Part shown: positions 58,761 to 64,000 of the stretch, in pieces | How the letters are laid out: every line of letters starts with the position of its first letter | Position numbering within the stretch: the first letter of the stretch is position 1 | DNA from: Leptonemataceae bacterium | Lineage (GTDB): Bacteria > Spirochaetota > Leptospiria > Leptospirales > Leptonemataceae | Direction: 5' to 3' | Assembly: GCA_965227295.1 (NCBI GenBank) | Contig: OZ245742.1 | Location: forward strand, 5,408,001-5,472,000 | Length of the DNA stretch: 64,000 nt | Notes under the pieces: generated by a model | The model's database searches: none | What the model saw: only the letters and a program-made list of their open reading frames with translations | Told to the model about the DNA's origin: nothing | Made by a program: the position numbers and the translations under genes

Positions 58761-61700
58761 ATGAAAACCGACATTAGCCGCGAAAATTTTCGCGCCGATC
58801 GCAACTACGATTCCGTGCGCCTTCAGCAGGGGCGCATCATCACCGATGCCGACTGGAACGAGCAGGCGGACATCCACAACCATCTCCGCGAGAATATAAG
58901 CCGCAGTGTCGTCGGCCCCACGGGAGCCCCGCGCGAAAACGCGGGTTTTGCCGTCAGTGCCGGCAGCGGTGACTTGAACATCGGCGCCGGCCGCATGTAC
59001 GTAAACGGCGTACCGTGCGAACTCGGTGCGCCGGAAAACTATCTCGGGCAGAGCGACCTGCCCGGCGCGCCGGCGCCCGCGGCGGACGGCCCGTACCTCG
59101 TTTACCTCGACGTCTGGAAACGCGCGGTCACGCCCCTGGACGCGCCCGACATCCGCGAACCGGCCCTGGGCGGACCGAACGCGTCGTTTCGATCGCGCAT
59201 TCTGCATCAGGTAAAACTCCTATCCCTCGCCGGCGACACCTACGACGCCCGCAGCATCCCGCCGGAATGGACCGCACTCTTAACATCATCTCACGGAAGA
59301 TTAAACGCACGCACCGCGGCCGACGGCCTTACCGCCGACCCGTGTACCATCGGCGCACGCGGGGGCTACAACGGCGCGGACAATCGCCTGTATCGCGTGG
59401 AGATTCATCGCGGCGGACCGGCCGGCACCGCCACATTCAAGTGGTCCCGGGACAACGCGGCCTTTGCCGCGGAATGGTCGGCCCTGGACGGCGGCAGCGT
59501 TCTCACGATCAGCAATGCCGGGCGGGACGCGGACCAGGCGTTTGCGGCCGGCGACTGGATCGAGATTACGGACGAAGGCCTGGAACTCGAAGAAAGCCCC
59601 GGCACCCTCGCCCGCCTCACGGCCGTGCAGGGAAATTCCCTAACAATCGATCCGGATACATTAAGGCACTTCGACGGAGCCGGCGGGCCGAACTCCCCCG
59701 GCGGTCGCGCCCTGGATCCGGCCGAGTTTCAACGCGGCGTACGACGCGTTCGGCGCTGGGATATGGTCGGCGCCGCGGGGGACATTGTTACACCGGCGGC
59801 CGACGTGGATCCCGACGCGGCCTGGGTGGAACTGGAAAGCGGCGTGCAGATTCGTTTCGATGACGACGCCGGGCGCACCTATCGCAGCGGCGAGTACTGG
59901 TTGATTCCCGCGCGGGTACAAAACCGTAACATCGAATGGCCGCACGACGAAACCGGCGCCGGACTGTTCACCGAGGCCTTCGGCCCGCGCCACCAGTACG
60001 CCCGCCTCGCCTTCGCGAATTCCACCGCCGGCACCTGGAGCATCATTGCCGACGCGCGGCGCATCTTTCCGTCACTAACTGACGCAAAGATGCAGTTTGC
60101 CGGCGGCGACGGCCAGTCCATCCTGCCGAACGCGGAACTCGATCAACCCCTCTGCGTCCGGATAAGCTCCGGCGAGCAACCCGTGCCCGCCGCCCGGGTG
60201 AGCTTTCGTATCGCCAGCGGCGGCGGTGATCTCGTCGATGCAACGGATGCGGGCAACAGCGGCAGCACGGTCCTCGTACGCGCGGACGCGAGCGGCCTCG
60301 CCGCCGTACGCTGGACCACGGGTAGCGATCGCAACGATCAGTCCGTCGACGCGCAGTTGCTCGACGAGGATGGTTCTCCCGTCTCCGGGGCGGTGCTGAA
60401 ATTTTTTGCGCACAAGGGCGCCGCCGGCGTCGTAGAGTACACGCCGCCGATCCTCACATCGCCGGGTGGTGACGATCTCATGCTGGGTGTGGAGACCGTG
60501 CAGGACGGACTGGATCGCCTGGCGGACATCAAGGTCAACAAGGCCGGCGACACTATGACCGGCCCGCTCACGATTTCGAGCGACCTCGAGGTCACCGGCA
60601 ACTTCACCGTCCGCGGCGACGTCATCGCCCGCGACACGGACCACATGCCCGGCGACGTCCTGCTCGGCGATCAGGACGAAGACACGATCACCATCCACGG
60701 CACGCTGCAATCCGAACACAGCAGCGGTGCGCTGGTGATCGACGACGCCCTGCGCGTGCATACCACCGACGGCAGCGACGTCCCCTTCGAGGTCCGTGCG
60801 CCGGTCTCCGGACTCGCCGGCCGCACGTATCGCCGGCCCATCGGCATCGACAACGGCTCCGGCGGCGCCTTAAATGATTATCAGTTATTATTAACGATCG
60901 ACACCGCCGCAATCATCGCCGCGGGCAAGATGCGCGCGGATTGCGGCGACGTGTTGTTTACCGACGCCGCGGGTGTGCCGCTTTCGTACTGGCTGGAATC
61001 CGGGGCGAATACGAATGCCACGCGCTTCTGGGTGCGTGTACCGAGCATCGGCGCCGCGGCCTCCGAAACGATCTACATCTACTACGGCAATCCGAACGCC
61101 ACGTCGCAAAGTTCCGCTCAGAATACCTTTATCCGTGAAATCGGCGGCGTGCAGGGGGCCTGGAAGTTCGAGGAGGGTGTGGGACCGAACATCGTCGACT
61201 ACTCCGGCAACGGCCGCAACGGCACGGTCCAGGGCATGGCTCCGTTTTGGGTGAGCGGCGGCGGGCCGTTCTACGACGCAATGAACTTCAACGGCACGAA
61301 TCATGCCGTCGCCCTGCCCGCGGGGAACCTCATCGGCACCGGCAACGATCCGTTCACGACGTCGTTCTGGTTTTATCCGACACAGACCGTGGCCGGCCAC
61401 GGCCAGTACGGATTCACCCGCTGGAGCCAGGACAGTCAGTTTTTAATTGGAGCATTCAATCTCACGGGGCCGACACAGTTGTTCTGGGGCTTTCGCGGCG
61501 CGAGTCACATCACCCTGGACTGGGATGATTCCGCGGTACTGAACACCTGGATGCACTTCGCGTTGATCTATAACGGCGGCAGCAAAGGATCCCCCGGCTC
61601 GTACGAGCTCTACCTGAACGGCGTCGCGCAGGGCGGAATTTCCACTTACAGCATCGTCGGCGGTTCGTGCAACAACAACGGCATCGGCAGCGACGGCCCG

Positions 61701-64000
61701 GACGCCGCCTGCAATCCGCAGTACTTTTTCCCGGGCCGTCTGTCCCAGGTGCGCGCCTACAATCGCGCGCTCAGTCCGGCGGAAATCACCGACATCGTAG
61801 CGAACTACCCGTACGTCACCCTCGCGCGGCCCGGCGCCGAACTCGTACGCAAGTTCAGCGCAAACGAACCGGCCATCAACCTCCAGGCCGAACAGAACGT
61901 CGCCGGCACCGAGCAGAGCATCGTGTTCGTCGAAAGCGGTTCCGGCAACGTGGGCATCGGCACTAATACTCCTTCAGAGAAACTTACCGTAGACGGCCTC
62001 GTCGAATCGCGCAGCGGCGGCTTTAAGTTTCCGGACGGCAGCGTGCAGGTCACGGCCGGCGGCGGCTCCGGTCCCGGCGCCGGTTACGATACCATGCCCC
62101 TGGGTACGATCCTGGCCTGGCACCGCGACTTCGACGGCACGCCGAATCTTCCCGAGGGCTGGGTGGAATGCAACGGTCAGTCCATCGAAGACGTGCTGTC
62201 GCCCTACAACGGACTCAACGCGCCGGACCTCAACAACGCGCGGCAGTCCTGGAACTCGAGGGGCAGTTTCTTACGCGGCGGGACGACGTCCGGTGAGTAT
62301 GAGGACGATCAGATTCAGGGGCACTGGCACAGTGAGAGCGCGCCCGGTCATAATCACCGGGAAGCCGGCGGTATCCGCGCTGATTTTCAAAGAAACGGCA
62401 CAGTCGAGGGACAGGACGTGCCTCGACCGGACCTCCCGGCCATAAATACGAGTCAAACCCAGGTCACCGTTACCGATCCCGTCGACGACGGCACCAACGG
62501 CAACCCGCGAACCGGCGACGAAACGCGTCCGGTAAACATGAGCGTCGTATGGATCATCAAGATCCGCCCGGCCGGCGTCGGCAGCGGAAACACCGTGTTC
62601 GTGCAGTCGAACTTTCAGTTCATTCACTGGCAACCACAGGTTCCGAACAATTCCCAGACGATCACCGAAACCCTGACGGCTTCGAACAACTGGCAGAACC
62701 ACGACGCTCCCGCGCAGACGTTCACCATGCCGACGACGGGCCGCTGTTTTTTCAAGGCGGACATCAGTTACCACAATCACACCGGCGGTGCGATCTTCAT
62801 CCGCGCCGTGATTGACGGTTCCCTCATCGGCACGATCACCGCTTACATTCCGTACGAACAACCCGGCGACACGGGCAACACGCATACGACCAATCATCCG
62901 GTCATGATCGGTCTCGGCACGGAGCAAGATGCCGTCAGCGCCGGTGAGCATACGGTAGAGTTTCAGATCTATCTCTCCGCGCCGGGGGATATCTTCTTCG
63001 ATCGCAGCGGCGCCGGGCACGGCCTTAACAACTTCCAGATCTACGCCTACGATCTTAGCGCGCAGAACGCCGGCCTGTGGGATGCGAACGGCAACGACGT
63101 CAGCCGCAGTTCGGGCAACGTCGGCATCGGCACGGACAACCCCCAGGCGAAGCTGCACATCGACGGCACACCGGGCATCGACGGCATTCTCTTTCCGGAC
63201 GGCTCGTTGCAAACCACGGCCGGCGGCGCGGCCGGCGCGAACCTGCCCCTGGGCACGATCCTCGCCTGGCATAAATCCTTAACCGGTACTCCGCCGCAGT
63301 TACCGGACGGCTGGGTCGAATGCAACGGGCAGACGTTGAGTGATCCAGCCTCGCCGTACGACGGCCAGGCAATTCCGGATCTGAACAATCCCAAAGAAAC
63401 CTGGAATACGAAGGGCGCGTTTTTGCGCGGCCACACGACGTCGGGTGAGTTTGAGGATGATCAATACCAGGGCCACCATCATCGCGTGTATCCCGGCGGC
63501 GGCAGCGACAGCGGCAATACGGCGAACACCCTGGCGCATGATTCGAATCAGGGACACTACTTCGGCAGCACGGCGTCTTACGCAACCGGCAACGGTACGA
63601 TCGGCTGGGCGGTGACTCAGGAAAACGACGGCAGCAACGGCACGCCGCGCACCGGCGCAGAAACTCTGCCCGCAAACATGAGCGTCGTGTGGATCATGAA
63701 GGTCCGCGAACCGGCGCAGTTGAACGTCGGCGGGTACGCGCTGATCGAAGATCGGCGCCCCCAGGGCACGAATCACGGCGCCGGCACGCCGCTTGCCTGG
63801 AACCAGCGCATCCTGAACACGCTGAGCACTAACATTAACGGACTGACACTTAATTCAAATCGTTTCACGCTTCCCGAGGGAACATACCTTATCGAAGGAG
63901 AATTCCCGGTACATCGTACCGGTCGAAACAAAGTAAAACTTCACGACGAGAGCAATGGCCTGGACGTGGCTTACGGGACCAGCACCTATGCCGGAGGCGG
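58761..64000 (+). CDS. Giant DUF6519 / tail-fibre-like protein (DUF6519, DUF2341, LamG, two tail-collar modules), 3' end outside window; absent from ORF track
   Basis: Hand translation: MKTDISR...QQGRIITDADWNEQ, YLDVW, NRLYRVEIH, FKWSRDN, KVNKAGDTMTG, SYWLE..FWVRVP..IYIYYGNP, WKFEEG..DYSGNG, GNVGIGT, PLGTILAW..P.GWVECNGQ twice; no stop seen in the segments translated. Confidence 0.88.
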   Translation, partial: MKTDISRENFRADRNYDSVRLQQGRIITDADWNEQADIHNHLRENISRSVVGPTGAPRENAGFAVSAGSGDLNIGAGRMYVNGVPCELGAPENYLGQSDLPGAPAPAADGPYLVYLDVWKRAVTPLDAPDIREPALGGPNASFRSRILHQVKLLSLAGDTYDARSIPPEWTALLTSSHGRLNARTAADGLTADPCTIGARGGYNGADNRLYRVEIHRGGPAGTATFKWSRDNAAFAAEWSALDGGSVLTISNAGRDADQAFAAGDWIEITDEGLELEESPGTLARLTAVQGNSLTIDPDTLRHFDGAGGPNSPGGRALDPAEFQRGVRRVRRWDMVGAAGDIVTPAADVDPDAAWVELESGVQIRFDDDAGRTYRSGEYWLIPARVQNRNIEWPHDETGAGLFTEAFGPRHQYARLAFANSTAGTWSIIADARRIFPSLTDAKMQFAGGDGQSILPNAELDQPLCVRISSGEQPVPAARVSFRIASGGGDLVDATDAGNSGSTVLVRADASGLAAVRWTTGSDRNDQSVDAQLLDEDGSPVSGAVLKFFAHKGAAGVVEYTPPILTSPGGDDLMLGVETVQDGLDRLADIKVNKAGDTMTGPLTISSDLEVTGNFTVRGDVIARDTDHMPGDVLLGDQDEDTITIHGTLQSEHSSGALVIDDALRVHTTDGSDVPFEVRAPVSGLAGRTYRRPIGIDNGSGGALNDYQLLLTIDTAAIIAAGKMRADCGDVLFTDAAGVPLSYWLESGANTNATRFWVRVPSIGAAASETIYIYYGNPNATSQSSAQNTFIREIGGVQGAWKFEEGVGPNIVDYSGNGRNGTVQGMAPFWVSGGGPFYDAMNFNGTNHAVALPAGNLIGTGNDPFTTSFWFYPTQTVAGHGQYGFTRWSQDSQFLIGAFNLTGPTQLFWGFRGASHITLDWDDSAVLNTWMHFALIYNGGSKGSPGSYELYLNGVAQGGISTYSIVGGSCNNNGIGSDGPDAACNPQYFFPGRLSQVRAYNRALSPAEITDIVANYPYVTLARPGAELVRKFSANEPAINLQAEQNVAGTEQSIVFVESGSGNVGIGTNTPSEKLTVDGLVESRSGGFKFPDGSVQVTAGGGSGPGAGYDTMPLGTILAWHRDFDGTPNLPEGWVECNGQSIEDVLSPYNGLNAPDLNNARQSWNSRGSFLRGGTTSGEYEDDQIQGHWHSESAPGHNHREAGGIRADFQRNGTVEGQDVPRPDLPAINTSQTQVTVTDPVDDGTNGNPRTGDETRPVNMSVVWIIKIRPAGVGSGNTVFVQSNFQFIHWQPQVPNNSQTITETLTASNNWQNHDAPAQTFTMPTTGRCFFKADISYHNHTGGAIFIRAVIDGSLIGTITAYIPYEQPGDTGNTHTTNHPVMIGLGTEQDAVSAGEHTVEFQIYLSAPGDIFFDRSGAGHGLNNFQIYAYDLSAQNAGLWDANGNDVSRSSGNVGIGTDNPQAKLHIDGTPGIDGILFPDGSLQTTAGGAAGANLPLGTILAWHKSLTGTPPQLPDGWVECNGQTLSDPASPYDGQAIPDLNNPKETWNTKGAFLRGHTTSGEFEDDQYQGHHHRVYPGGGSDSGNTANTLAHDSNQGHYFGSTASYATGNGTIGWAVTQENDGSNGTPRTGAETLPANMSVVWIMKVREPAQLNVGGYALIEDRRPQGTNHGAGTPLAWNQRILNTLSTNINGLTLNSNRFTLPEGTYLIEGEFPVHRTGRNKVKLHDESNGLDVAYGTSTYAGG

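Noticed and set aside
58695..63776. Many short or antisense ORFs listed in the track over the last 5 kb
   Set aside because: Shadows of the single giant + strand ORF starting at 58761
58761..64000. Prophage call
   Set aside because: No integrase, capsid, terminase or lysis genes in the window; only a fibre-like gene

Overview
High-GC chromosomal window from a Leptospiraceae-like spirochaete (inferred from the FlaB, FlaA-like, OmpL47-type, LipL45/FecR-type, 7TM-DISM cyclase and multiple STAS proteins). It holds about 50 CDS, mostly envelope (GT9, GT2-GtrA, ArnT-like, bamA-msbA-lpxK), motility (flaB, fliN-like, flaA-like), housekeeping (rdgB, guaB, recN, ruvB) and signalling genes. Top candidate for an undescribed system: a translationally coupled three-gene operon (24917-27802, minus strand). 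It encodes two divergent proteins that follow the Ku core pattern by eye, then an ATP-dependent DNA ligase with no LigD POL/PE domains but a WGR-like C-terminus, suggesting a possible two-Ku (heterodimer-like) end-joining module. Also notable: a >1740-aa DUF6519/tail-fibre-like ORF missing from the ORF track (58761 to the window end); three covarying structured repeats resembling the Flavo-1 motif; an accessory patch with an orphan EcoRII-like nuclease, an AT-rich HNH-like gene and Uma2; two pseudogenes with internal deletions; and CsrA-type hairpins in the flaB leader. All family calls come from motif recognition by eye; no searches were run. No rRNA, tRNA, CRISPR array or transposase was seen.
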